From assembly GCA_964016885.1 (NCBI GenBank), contig OZ024746.1, positions 40,920,001 to 40,984,000 on the forward strand: 64,000 nucleotides of DNA. The letters run 5' to 3'. The translations under genes were made by a program, and so were the position numbers. Each line of letters starts with the position of its first letter. The stretch's first letter is position 1. Source of the DNA: Eledone cirrhosa. Lineage: Eukaryota. Below are positions 12,016-26,500 of this stretch, one piece after another. The notes beneath the pieces are model-generated. The model saw only the letters and a list, made by a program, of their open reading frames with translations, searched no databases and was not told the origin of the DNA.

Positions 12016-15000
12016 AATAGGAAAATAGAGCCATGCATATTGTATAAATACAGGAGATACGGTCGAAACAGTATTTTCGTGACTTTTAAAATAAGGCGAA
12101 AAGTATTTATATATATCAGTTACATTATCGAACGTATCATTGTCAATTTTGATACAAATTTCTTTAACTCTCAAACCTCGATAATCCGAACACCAATTAT
12201 TTTTGTGTAACTCGAGATTAATAATAAATGTAAGTTTTTTCCATTGTTTATAATGAAATCGAATTAAGAACCGACGCTGGTGCAACAATTCCGCTTTTTG
12301 TTTACATTTATCAAATGTAGCACGTGCACTAGGTCGATCTACAACCATCTCGTTCGGATAATCGAAGCCTAACTTTATGGTTGTGCAATGTACAAAGAAG
12401 ATTAGTTCTTAATCGTCTTATTGTTGCTGTAACAGTAGAACTGTTTTTAAAGCACCATCTTTATTTCAAAGGTTACTAAGATGTAATTGACTTAATTATG
12501 GACTAATTGCTCTAATTACCAACACAAGCAAAGTGAATTCCTAAGCCGTTTTAAAGCCGCTTTATTTTAAAATATTTAAGCACTAATGTTCTTGGTGGGG
12601 AAAACCCCACATTCCCTCCATAAAATCTAAACGGAATAGTATATGTGCACTTTTCATCATCGTAATTTTAAGTATAGTTTTTCAATATTGGTTTTGTCAA
12701 AATCAAATGATAGAATTGACATCATTCTGGATATCAGCTCCATCGATATACAAGCAGTTTATTTGGAGTACAGTATAAAGTAAAGGTAAACTCATTTTAT
12801 TTTACTTGTACGATTTATCACTTTGATATGAATATCACGCTTTCAACTCCGCAGCTCTTAAAATAGCAGGGTTGTTGCGGTTAACCCAAAACAAAATAAA
12901 TATTGAAGTGGTAAAAAAAAAAACAAAAAAACAACTCTCAGTTTCAAACCTATATTTTTATCATGGTTCCAATCAGTGAGTTGAGTCAATACTGAAGTTT
13001 CGATGTAAAAATCGAAATTAGGGTCTACCGGCCATCGGAAAGCTACCTCTGAACGCTTTTGCAAAACTGAAAGCTTATGGTTTAAGTGACATCATCGCGT
13101 TATTTTTGTTAAATTATGCAACTTTGGGTAAAATGAAAGTTAATATTCATTTCGAGACCGGGTAGACCACACACCAGTGCAGTAGTACTCTATGCTTGAG
13201 AAGAAGCAGAGTGGGTATAGAGAAAAGTAAAAACTCTTGAAAAGGCTTGCCGAATATAGGCGTCGCGGTCGGGTTTCTCTCTCTCTGAATTACTATATAT
13301 ATAATGTGTGTGTATGTATTACAGTGAAATTACAACAATATGAAATATTTATACCACTAAATCATATAGTGTGCTTTGTGTTTTGACAAATGAAAAAATA
13401 CCAGAAAATAATTTAACAGATTCAAATGTCTGTTTGAAATGTATGGTGGTATAATTTTCATTTATTAATATAATTTCAGAAACATATGAATATCAAGTTG
13501 TCAATTAATTTGTTAATCAAAATTGTAGTGAGAAAATGTTACAAGCACAGCATAACATAGTTGAATGTTAGAACTTCTAGTTGACAACAGAATTATATAA
13601 AATAGAAGGGAAATAACTCTATTGTCTTAATTTGGTGACATCATTCGGATCTAGCCATTCAACGCGATTAAAAGAATATAAATTTGAGGCTCATTTGTGG
13701 GGGTATGTAACAATTTATTCCTATTAATATTGTTAATAAAACATTATTTCATATTCATACACATGCGAATGCGTTAGGTAAGTTCTAGTGACAGTGTTTC
13801 CCTCCTATTCTGTGTCAAGGTCGTATGCTGTTCTACTTTCAGTCAGCAATTTCACAAGAAGCCGGATTTTTTGTTAATAATCACAAGTTAAAGCTCGTGG
13901 TACAATTAAACCGAGGCCACAAAATATTCTACTAATTTATGTGCTGTTTTTATCATTAGTATGTATTTCTCACTAATAACAAATTGTAGAATCTTTAATA
14001 GCCTTTCCCCTAAATTATCGATTTTATCCTTGGTTTAGCTTACATATTTATTTTTTATTATTAATATACAGTAGTGTATCCTGCTGAAGTCAACATTGCC
14101 TTTTATAATTGCAGAGTCGATGTAATTTAAGTACTGGAGTCGATATCATCGGTTTTTATTATGAAGCATTTAAATTCGTTTTTGTTGTTTTTTCTCTATG
14201 AAATATATTTTAAGAAATAAGATAGAAGGGTTTTGAAAATGTAACATGTTTTACTAAAAAGAAATCAAAAACTGAAAATTAATATTTCTCCTATTACGAA
14301 CCACGAATCGATTTACTTGAAATAAATAAGAGTTAAATTTCCCTCAAATCTACTGCAAGATTTCCCAAACTTTGTCCTGTTTACTCCTGTCAGTTTTTCG
14401 AAAGTAAATTTATTTCCACCGTCTTATCCAGTAATACAATAACCGATCTATAGAAGGGATACTATCAAATACTGTTAACATTATTAATTTAAGTTTGAAA
14501 ACAATAATAGCACAAAACTTATTTCACTTATGAACAACTAATGAACAGATACCGGTGTTCGGACCAAATACAGTCAGTTAATTTAAACACAGCAGTCGAT
14601 GCGACTAACATATACCATCAAGTTCAAAACGATAACAAAATAAACAAAATACTTCAAGTATTCTTCTCAACACTTCATATTGTGTTTAATAATAACTGAA
14701 AAAATATGTATAAATATAGGCTTGGTTATTCCAGCACCTTAATCTCGATATCACCAGGTGTTTTGTTTTTTTTTCTTCATATTTTTGATACAATTTGGAT
14801 AATTGATACATTCTCAGTATTGGAAACTGTAAAAATAGCTTGTTATATTTCAAATGATCCATCGCATATATACACGTCTATACATAAAATAATTTAACTT
14901 CACACTCCTTGTCCTTGTGGATGGAATTTCAGACACGCAAATATTATTTTTAAAAAGTTTGTAATTCTTCTGCTGTCTCACATTTTATTCATTTCAATTA

Positions 15001-16770
15001 TAATTCAGTGATCAAAATTGGACTAATAGTAAAATATTATTATGTTTAGGTCATTCAACATCGTATTATCTTTGGTTATAACGGCAAATCGCATTATTAT
15101 AAAAGTTTCTTAAAACACATAGACTAATCTAAAAGATGATAATTTTCTACGGTGCACACTAAATATGTTCTAGATAAAATTTAGTACGAGAACTCTTGTA
15201 TGTTTAAAAGGGCATCCAAAATTAAAGTCTGTGGGGCTGCGTGTGCAACCAAAGCTACCTATTTTATGGAATTGTATTTATTTACTATAATTATTTTCAT
15301 GGACTGAAATGCATATTGGTTGGACTTACGATCATAATGTAGTGGGTTCGAATCCTGAACCGTGTTGTGTTCTTGAGCAAAACACTTCATTTCACGTTTC
15401 TCCAGTATACTCAGTTGAAAATAGTATCAGCAGCAATAGCTGGGAGCTTAACCCTGCGACGGACTGGCGCTGCACGTCATGGAAACTGAGACAACTGCAT
15501 ATTTAAAGGGGTTATGTAGATCAACTAGCACGCAGGTAATCGAAATGAATACAAGGCTTCTGTTAATACTTTAGTTGCTAGCTGAAGTGTTTGAAACAGT
15601 GACTCCATTAGTGGACAGATCATTGGGGAAATGATCTGTCTACCAATAAAGATAATATACACATTTGAATTAACTTTCTGTTAAATCATTACATGATGTT
15701 AAGAGTTAAACCATTCTACTGGGGAAAATAATTGTACACTTGCCTTTTGATGTAAAAGTTAGACAAAATTAAATAAGAAGACATTTATAAATATAACAAT
15801 AAATATGTTTTTATATTGCTTTTACAAGATGCTGTGAAGCAATGCTATTGCCTTCATGTCAGACAGTTCATATTAATAGAATTATTTAGTATAATTTCTC
15901 TTTCAATTTACAAGCACAAAAGTTATAGTCAATGGCCATTCATAAAAATTCTAAGCGTTTTTAAATACAATCTATTGTGACAATATAACAACTGGGCCAT
16001 GAAACAAGTATTGTTATACTAGCATGTTGAATATCACGCAATCTTCTTCCTATATAAATATGAGTCTTTGTGTCTCTGTAGGATAATATTAATGAATTCA
16101 TTTATATATAAACAAAGAATGTTCTAGTAATGATATTTCCTGTATTGTTTTATTAAATCCAATAGTCTCGAGTATTGACTAGTTATCAAACCTATTATCA
16201 AAATGCCAACAAACATAAAAGCTGTATTATTCTGCTTGTATTCATAATTGAATACTTCACTCTGAATAGCACGAAACCCCAGCTCTTCTCCCTTACAATA
16301 GAAAGAAATGGCTTTGTGGGATTTAGTTGCATCTTTTCACAATCTGATTTAAAGCTTGTTAGGTTTGACTTTGCCTTTTATCATTCAGCAGTTCATCATC
16401 GTTATCATCATTGTTATCATCATCATGGTTGTCATCATCATCCTCATTGCTATTGCCATTTAACATCTATGTTTCAGGCTAGATTTGTCTGGTGACCATG
16501 TCTTGCTCAATATCTCTCAAGTAATTAGCTTCATTATAACCAACTATATACCTTTCCTTTGAAATTTTCAGTCTTGTGTCTATATTTGAAATCAATATAT
16601 ACAAATGTTTTCAATAATTTTTGTTTTACTCAGTAGTCTACATTTTCATTTAACTCTGAGACCCCACACATTAGAGAAACAATAGCCAAGTTAGTGTAAA
16701 CATATTTAATGTAGAGGGCACTAAAATACTAACTGGAAATAATCATGACAAAGGAAAACAATATTATTTA

Positions 16771-16951
16771 ATTGTTTCTACTTTAGGCACAAGGCCAGCA
16801 ATTATCCAGTGCATTACTGGTACTTTATTTTATCGACCCCGTAAGGATGAAAGGCAAAGTCAACCTCGGCGGGATTTGAACTCAGATCGTAAAGGGACGT
16901 AACTATGCTGGAAAGCATGGCGTCCGACCCTCTACCGATACTGCCAATCCA
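16771..16951 (-). mobile_element. SINE family A, near full length
   Basis: Near-exact reverse complement of the copy at 10360-10530. Confidence 0.85.
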
Positions 16952-19058
16952 ATCATTTTCATTTTCCTAGCAAGTATGGGGAACAACTCTGGATACATTT
17001 CAGTCTTATTAACCTCAGCAGTGACAAAAATTATTTGTTGTATTTGCTGAAGTAGTGGTGAAAGAATCACTAGTTAAATGTTCAATATTGACAAAAACAT
17101 CAAACATCAGATACTTCACTCTGTATCACAAATGAACTTACTGACTGAACCCCACTACCACATAACCACTATCATCATCATCACTATCACCACTTTGAAA
17201 CTACCATTAGTTTACTTAGAATGTGTTCCACAATGTCTGTTTTGTTGTTCTTTTCTTTTCTAGTTTTCCATTTCTCTCTTTCTACTTATTTTAACTTCTG
17301 TAATCTAATCCAACAGTTGTCTTCTACTTACTATTTAGCAACCTCTCTCTCACACTCCTGCCCCCCCCCCCCCCCCTCTCTCAAACTTCTCCTCCATCCT
17401 CTCTCTTTTCACCCCTATCCTTTCTCAGTCCTTCTACCCTCATCCACTCTTTTGCCACTCTCTTTCAGTTGAAAAGAAGGTCAATTAAGTTAAAGGCTAA
17501 GTGGTTTAGTATGATTAAGGTGAGGTTATACTTTAGTGTTAAGTGGGTGAACATAGTTAATGCTAAAGTTTCTATTTATAATATATCAACAGTTCAACAA
17601 TTAAAAAAAAGTGCAGGAACTTGGTACTGTGTAGATAGTGTCTACAAACATTGACCGTACACATGACATCTCAGTTAACAATTTTACTTTCAAGCAATAG
17701 TTCATGGGACAGACATCATCATCATTTAACATCCGCTTTTTGTGCTAGCAAGGATTGGACGGGTCTACATAGACCGAGTCAGTATTGAAGCGGATTTACT
17801 GACCTCCCAGACAGACAGATGGGGGAGGGGTATGCATATTCATTACATATGGTCTTGCATTCTACTGAGTGCACAAGAGAGGTTATCATGTCTTTGACAC
17901 AATTGAAGGGTCCTCCCAATCCTTTGTTTTGTTGGCAAGCTTTCTACAGCTAGATGCTTTTAGGTAACACAAGTAGGTTTGATACCAACCCACCTAAAAC
18001 TGCTTCTATTTCTATGAAACAAAACCACCTATTTTGAAATGTTTTGTATTAAAACCTTCCAATATAATTTGATATGAGAACCTTTTCTTAAGTAGAAACT
18101 TTGCTGATGAACTGAACTGTGTGTGACCATCTAGTCTGTTGTCTACATTTTTACATTTATATGTATGAAAAAGAATACTTAAACATTGCAACCCCCAATG
18201 ATATGACCCCAGATGATGTCAGAGAATGCTCTTTGGCATGCAGAACCCCAGGTGCAAGCCACCTTGTTGAGAAAGCATTGCCCTGGAGGTTGGCAATTTA
18301 GACACATTGAAATATTTATTCTAAACAATGTGTTGATTAGCTGCCTGGCTTATAAATAGGGTTTGGATTTTTGCCCAGTTCTCGGACATAAAATTGGGAG
18401 GGGTCGGCTTATATTCAGATCAGCTTATATTTGAGTGTATATGGTAAATAATGTAAAAGTCATAATATTGTATTAGTCTAAGATTCCTTGATATCTTCTG
18501 TACTCACATTCCTTGCATGGTTTACATAGCACTTAAATGCAATCTGCTTATCAGAACAATCTGGAGAAAGCCTTTATATCATATCTAAATTGATTAAACA
18601 ATTTCACACTAGTCACCTTAATTATCATATGACCTTTTCACACACACAGTTCTTATTATCAGATATCGTATTTCCATTTTTTTAAAAATCAGTATATAAA
18701 GAGAATTGAATAAAATTCACTTACCTGTGTCAATCTTTACTTCTACTAATCTAGAACTTATTCTGGTACTTAAGAATCATTTTGAAAATTTCAAGCTGTT
18801 ATAAAGTGAGTATCATAAAAGTATAAACATTCCCATATTTCTAAAAGACTTGCTAGGTTAATAGATATTTTGTACTCAATAATACTATGACAGTTTTAGA
18901 AGATTTTTACATTGAAAACAGATCTGATAATTATTTCTTTTCAGTTGTCATAGGTGAGTAGTTTCAATAATAAACTTACCATATTTTTTAGGAGAGAAAT
19001 TAGTATTAGATTCTTGATATTTGAGGCAGCAATTATTTATTTATTTAGTTGTGTTTAA

Positions 19059-19279
19059 CCCTTTAGCATTTACATTACTCTATATTTACTATTATATTTT
19101 CACAGTAAAGGATTTATCTCACATAATTATCTCACATAATATCGAATCTATGAGATTTTGATATTATTTATTTTGAGAACAATACCTTAACATCAGTATG
19201 AGCAGCCAGTTATGGCCGGTTTGAACAGAAAGAGGTGAGAAAATTCTGGTTGGATATGGCCGGTTTAAATGCTAAAGGG
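19059..19279 (+). mobile_element. piggyBac-type MITE family A
   Basis: TTAA|CCCTTTAGCATTTA...TAAATGCTAAAGGG|TTAA with perfect TIRs. Confidence 0.85.
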
Positions 19280-19310
19280 TTAAGAAGTCACTACAATGCA
19301 GATGGGGCTG

Positions 19311-19550
19311 TAAATATTCAGGCAATAAACTCTGGTGAAAAAAATGGAGAGGTGAGGTTGTATGAAGCAGAAGAGAAAAGGGAAAAGAAAGAACTAGAGA
19401 TAATGTTACCTTGGAAATATTTCTTTAGGGACCAATAAATATTTCCAGAGTAACATTATCTCTGGTTCTTTCTTTTTCCTTTTCTCTTCCTCTTCTTCGC
19501 TCAACCTCACATCTCTGGTTCTTCACTCAAGTTTGTTCCCTGAATATTTA
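19311..19550. repeat. Imperfect inverted repeat (arms about 110 bp, short spacer)
   Basis: TAAATATTCAGG/CCTGAATATTTA outer ends; AAAGAACTAGAGATAATGTTAC/GTAACATTATCTCTGGTTCTTT inner arms. Confidence 0.85.
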
Positions 19551-19974
19551 TAACCATATCTACTGTGGAGGTGTGTGTCTTAGTGGTAAGGGTGTTGGAC
19601 TTATGATCATAATGTCATGGGTTCGATTCCTGGGCTTGGTTGTGTTGTGTTCTTGAGCAAAACACTTAATTTCACATTGCTTCAGTGTACTCTGTTGAAA
19701 ATGAGTACCAGCAATAGCTGGGGGGTTAACTATGTGATGGACTGGCATCCTGTCCGGGGAGGGTCTTGTACTCTGTCACTTCACGCCATGAAACCGGGAT
19801 AAGCACTGGCTTAAAGAGCCTTCTGGCTTAAGACAGACTTTATGTTCATTGTAGCAGCTCCCTAAACACAACTAATTTTCGTATTCCACAATGTTTCAAG
19901 CAAACTACAACTCATTTATCTATTTGTTGATTATTTTCAGGTTGTTTTTTCTCTTTGAATCTTCTACTTTAACT

Positions 19975-20055
19975 ATGGAAAATGTTACTTTAAGTGAAGA
20001 AGAACTGTCTGAAATATATGACACTGGGATACAGCTTGCAAAAGAATGTGGACAT
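19975..20055 (+). CDS. IMPA1: IMPA1-like coding exon 1 (MENVTL...KECGH)
   Basis: Acceptor TTTTCAG at 19940, ATG at 19975, donor GTGAGT at 20056. Confidence 0.85.
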
Positions 20056-23000
20056 GTGAGTATGAAATTGTCTACAGATCTCATAATACTGATATCAATA
20101 ATAACTGTAGAGATACTAACAACATATTATCTACAAGTACAGACAGAATCTACTAGCATTTGAATTTAAAATGTTTTCATTTGCAAATAGGTGCTTTTGC
20201 CTTCTAGATTTAACCCTGCAATTGTTAGATTATTGAAACTTTAATTTTAATCCATAGTTTGTAAAGCAAACACAATATCATCTGATATAAGGGTTGTGCT
20301 GTGTTAAGTAGATACAATTGAATTTCTACTCCAATGAATTATTGTCTAACAATCCACTCTTTTCATTTTCTATTTATACTACAATAAAAAATGACTCTTA
20401 ACCCTTTAGTATTTACATTACTCTATATTTACTATTATATTTTCATGGTAAAGGCTTTACCTCATATAAATATCTCACATAATATCGAATCTATGAGATT
20501 TTGATATTATTTATTTTGAGAACAGTACCTTAGCATGAGCGGCCGGTTATAGCTGGTTTGAACAGAAAGAGGTGAAAGAATTCTGGCTGGATATGGTCAG
20601 TTTAAATGCTAAAGGGCTAAATGAAGATTGATTAAATATTTAATAATTTTGGGTAATTGAAATGGAGTTAGATGAATAGTAAAGGTGGATGGTGGATTTT
20701 AAATACACAAGCTAAAAGCCTGTCATCAGTATTGCTTTGCAATGCAATATTAAGAAAAGGACATTACATGTGAAAAATTAACTAAAAACTAACTATTGTC
20801 AAAGTTATTCAGTTGCTTGAACAATTCAGAAATATTTATAAATATGTTGAAACATTCTTGTAAATATACAACTAAATTGAACATCCAACTCCTGTAATCT
20901 TGAAAAAATTTAATGTTGAAATAGTTAAACAACAAATAATGAAAAAAATCATAGAATAATTAAAACTACTCAGAATCCTTGTTCTGTTCCTGCTTCTCTG
21001 GAACTATTTTAATAATTATCATCATCATTGTTTTTATGTCCATCTTTTCATGCTCACATGGATTGGACACACATTGTGGTGGTCAAAACAGTCTGCTTTT
21101 TGCAAATACTGGTATATTTTCAATTTCAGATGATTAAAGAATGTTTTTACAGAGACAAAAAAGTGACAACAAAAGCGTCCTTTGCTGACCTTGTTACAGA
21201 AACAGACCAAAATGTGGAGAAATTTTTTACCAAAGAGATAAAGAAACATTATCCAGGACATTGGTAAGATGCTACAGTTAAAGGATTATCTCCCTTAAAT
21301 CTCCACTATTATGCCACAACTAGCTGGCCCCCCTGCTGTCAAAAATGATGGCTAATTGTAATATCTATACATAATATAAAAAAGTGTTTGTTTGTTTGTT
21401 GGTTCCTTCCTTTGTGCTCACTCACACAAGTGATACAAACATACAAATACACAACTGTGCTGAATCTTAGAACGCTGGACTTCTATAGTTTCTCACCCCA
21501 CTTCCTCTGTTATCACATAGATGTGTGTGTATTAGACACCCCTTCCTTCATCAGTCAACGTAAACACCCCTCCCTGATACAAACAGACAAATACACAAGG
21601 CTATTATATTAGTAGATTATATGACTGAGGAAGGCAGCAAATTAGCAGAGTTATTAGGGCGTTGGATTAAAAATACCTTGGTATTTGTTTCAGAACACTG
21701 TGCTCTGTGTTCAAATCTTGCTGAGGTCAACTCTGCCTTGCATTCTCTCGAAGTTGATCAATAAAATACCAGTCTAGTACTGGGGTTGATTGTTTCTCTA
21801 TTTTTTTCTATCACTTCGTCTCTTTGTCTCTCTTAATGTAGTTTTTAGGGAGATTCAGTGTGACACTGTGTGATAAGGCTGACACTTTGAAATATAAGTA
21901 TAACACACTTTTGCTAGCTGAGTAGACTGGAGTAATGTAAAATAAAGTATCATGCTCAAGGACACAATGTGCTACTTGGTCAGGGAATTGCACTCATGAC
22001 ATTACGGTCATGAGCTGAACACACTTGACCACTGAGCCACTCACCTTTACATATCTCCTATACTGACATGTTACACAAACACATATATACTCTTACATAT
22101 TTCATAATACAGTTGTATATGAAGGCATATACAATATATTTATGCATAATAAACATTCATAGTGAGACTTATATATGTTTATTATTTAAAAGTTTAAAAT
22201 CTGTCTCAAGCTCAGAGGCTTATCAGGTCGGTGCTTATTCCAGTACAATACTCCCTACTGAACAGGATGTCAGTTCATCGCCGCGTTAAGCCCCCAGCTA
22301 TTGCTGGTATATATTTTCAACTGAGTATACTGGAGCAACGTGAAATGAAGTGTGTTGCTTAAGAACACAACACACAACTCAGTCCAGGAATCAAACGCAC
22401 AATTTCCTGTTAGTATGTTCAACACCCTTACCACAAGACCACACGCCTTCATGTTTATTATATATGCTGTATAAGCCTTCATATATATCTCTATGAATCA
22501 TGTTATGTTACTGCTACTTCTGCTAAATCATCCATGTTTCATACCACACATTCCATTGTGAACTCTAATTGGAATCCTTCTTTTTAATGCTTTGATAGTG
22601 TCATTGGAGAGGAAACCACAGCCGATGGTAAAAAGATTGAGTTTACCAACAAGCCAACATGGATTATTGATCCAATTGATGGAACTTCTAACTTTGTACA
22701 TAAGTGAGTATAATGTTGCTGTAGTTACATTAACTGACCTTTGTGCTCACTAATTGACCTTATACCTACTTACTAACACTAGTTACTGATTGATCTTTGA
22801 AGTCACTGTAATGTGATTGGCGCCAAGTAGGGCATCCTGCTATAGAAATCAAGCCAAAATATAGATCTGTATCAGCATGACATGGTCTCCGAACCTGACT
22901 TGTCTCATAACATGACAAGCATGGAAAAAAAGACATTTATGATGGTGGTATGTGTGTGTGTGTGTGTGTGTATATATCATCATCATCGATTAACGTCCAT

Positions 23001-23123
23001 CTTCCATGCTAGCATAGGTTAGACGGGTCCCATTTAGAGGCAAGTTGTGTTGGGTGACCGTGTTTTGCTCATATAGGGGTGTTTCTGGCTGGTTTTCTAC
23101 GACTGGATGCCCTTCCTAATGCC

Positions 23124-23170
<47 letters not shown>

Positions 23171-23529
23171 TTAGTTCCACAAGGAGAAACATGTGTCCTC
23201 GAAAATGGTTTATTCACTTTTGTGGAACTAACTTCTACCGAACACATTCCATGGACCAAGTGGTCTACTACTGCGAATATAACCTCCCAGTGTTCTAGCA
23301 CTATATATAAACTCACAGTCAAGTGGTAGTTGTGGTACAATGAGAAAATAAACTCAGTACAAACCATTAGACAGGTCACATTATGAGACAAGTCAAGTCA
23401 GGTGACAATGTTTTGCTCATATGGATCTGTATTTTGACTTTGTTTCTAATGCCACTCACATTTCAGTGGGGACAGGGTGCTTCTTTATTGTAACACCAAT
23501 AAAAAGCACCCAGTCCACACACACACACA

Positions 23530-23568
<39 letters not shown>

Positions 23569-26500
23569 CTATACATACACACACACAACTATACATACAC
23601 ATACACACAACTATACATACACACACACAGCCATACATACACACACACATATGTGATTAATGACTGACAGTTATCCAACCATATTCAATAAAGTAAAGCA
23701 AAAAAAAATAATAAAACAATTCATTAACATCATCATCATTCTTTTGTCCATTTTTCCATGCTTGCATGAGTTAGATGGGTCCTTAAATGAACAGCATGTT
23801 GCATAAACCAATGCCAGTGATCTGATGTGGTCTCTAATTGTGGGACCTACTAACACACCATCCACCAGGTTCTTTCCTCTTTTAAAATTGCTCACAGGGC
23901 TGATATTGAGGTCAACAGGAGCTGGAAGAAGACACATGGTACAACACCAAGCCCAAAACAGAATTTCCCTTGTGGCCACTGCAGTTGGGTTTGTCTGTCT
24001 TATATTGGTCTCGTCAGCCACTAGGGAGCCAGCAGGACCTTTCATAGATCTTTGTTAGCACAGCCAAGCAGGGTTGGACTTTCATCTGCTGAGGCCCTAA
24101 GCTATATGAAATTTGAGACCCTAATATTTGATGGTGTGGTGTAAAAGAATAAAAAGATAAACAAAAATATATTTTAAGAAATGAGGATGTGTGGCTCTAA
24201 GAGCTATAGCTTATAGGTCCAGTACTGAAGCCAAGCCATGATAAGCCAAACCTTGATATAGCACATTAATAAACTATTCTTTTTTTCTACTAAATAAATG
24301 AACTAATAGTTTACATTTTTATATTTTGGAATAGATTACCATATACATGTATTTCTATTGGACTGACAGTTAACAAAAAGGTAAGAGAATATTTATCATT
24401 CATCATTTAAATAGCTTTTATCAGAATTTTCTCTTTTATATGTTAACAAATCCATCCATTGACTCCTTCATAGTCAGCCTATGAACTTTTCAGCCAACTT
24501 TGTAATTCTGTAATGCTCACAAAATTAATCTAATCTGAAAATTAATCTACTGAATGAAAACTAAACTTCCAGTCTGATTACTTAAATTGCTTATTGTCTG
24601 AAAATAATATTTTTTCTTCTTCTCTTCTCATCTTTTTCTGCAGCCAGAAATTGGAATTGTGTATAACCCAATCACAGATGTATTTTTTAAAGCAAGAAAA
24701 GGACATGGTGTATTTTGCAATGGCAAAAAGATATCAGTGACTGGTTTAGAAGGTAGTGTATTCTAGTAGCAATATCAACTAATTGGTCTTGTGTCTAAAT
24801 TTGAAATCATTGTTGTTATAATTATTATTATTGAAGGTATGTGGCTTAGTGACTCATGATTATAAGGTCATGAGTTTGATTCCTAGCAGTGTGTTTGTAT
24901 CCTTGAGCAAGACTCTTTACTTTATTTACCTCCAATTTGCTCAGCTGGCACAACAACCTCTCATGTGTTGAACTATTTGATAAATGCACCCAGTACACTC
25001 TGTAAAGTGGTTGGTGTTAGGAAGAGCATCGAGCATCCAGTCATAGAAAACTTGCCCAACATAGGGTTGGAAAAAAATCTTCAGCTAAGCCAAAGACATG
25101 CAAACTTCTGTTGTTGGCAATAAAACACACATGGTAGAGTGTGGGATTGTATGTTGGACTCTTGGCCCACCTGGAGGTCAGAGGCTCTGTTTGAGTATGG
25201 ACCAATCTATGACAACATATCCAACCCTTGCTAGCAGAGAAAACAGACATTAAACAATGATGAAGATGTTTATAATCTTAGTATTTCATTTTGCTATTCA
25301 GATTCATGTATATCCAGTTTAGTATAGGTACACCATATCCCTGTGTGTCATAAAAGGTGACTAAAAGGGTTAGCATTGAGAAGAGCAACCTGTTGCAAAA
25401 CATTGCTTCAAAAAGGGTCCCACGATGAATATGAAACTGGCTGCAAGTGGATAGAGTAGTCATAATGATGATGGTACCTCAGCACGGCCACAGCCTGTGT
25501 GGACTGGAACAGATTTCATATATTTCATTTATCATACACACTGATTATTTACATGATAAACACACCCAGTACACTCTGTAAAGTGGCAAGGGTTGGACAA
25601 GTCTACATAGACAAAATCAGTACTGAAGCGGAGCTACTGATCTCCCAGACAGGCCAGGGATTTGCATCATGTTTATGTACAGTCTCGTCATCATCACCGT
25701 TTTACGTCCGTTCTTCCACACTAGCATGGGTTATATATATATATATATAGATGTTAAATGGTGATGATGATGATATGCATATATCACCATTTAACGTCTA
25801 TTTTTTCCATGCTTCGTCATCATCATCATTTTAATCCGCTTTTCCCTGCTTACAAGGGTTGGACAGGTCCTATTCAGCACAGCATATATATATACACAAA
25901 CACATACAGACACACACACGTGTGTGTGTGTATTACTCATTATATATTATGTTGAGATCTGTTAAATTGTCTTTCTGTATTATTTAGAGATGGATAAAGC
26001 TATGTTTATTATGGAATTTGGTTCTAATAGAGACCCAGAAAAGATGGCTGTGAAATTTAAGAATCTCTTCAATATAAATAAAGCATCACATGGGTAAGAC
26101 CTATTACTTTAATAATAATAATAACAATGAAATTATTGTGTACAGTGCTCAGGTGCACTAAACTCATCAAAGGTGCATGTATAAGCATCACCATCACCAT
26201 CTTCTTGAGAGGGCCGTGGGGGCAGAGTCCTCAAACACTCTTTCCAGCAGGTCCTGTTAGAAGCATCTGTCTCCAATTGATCTGGCTGGATCTCCAAGCG
26301 AGAGCAGCCAACCTTATGAATGTTCTCCAACCATATCTGGGGGTATTTTACCCGATTTATTCTACTATTATTTATAGTAATTGACTATTATTATGGCCAT
26401 TTATAAGTGTGGTGGATTGGCAGTATTGGTAGAGCGTTGGACAACAAGCTCTGTGGCTTATAATTACAGCCCTTTACATTGAGTTCAAATCCCGTCGAGG

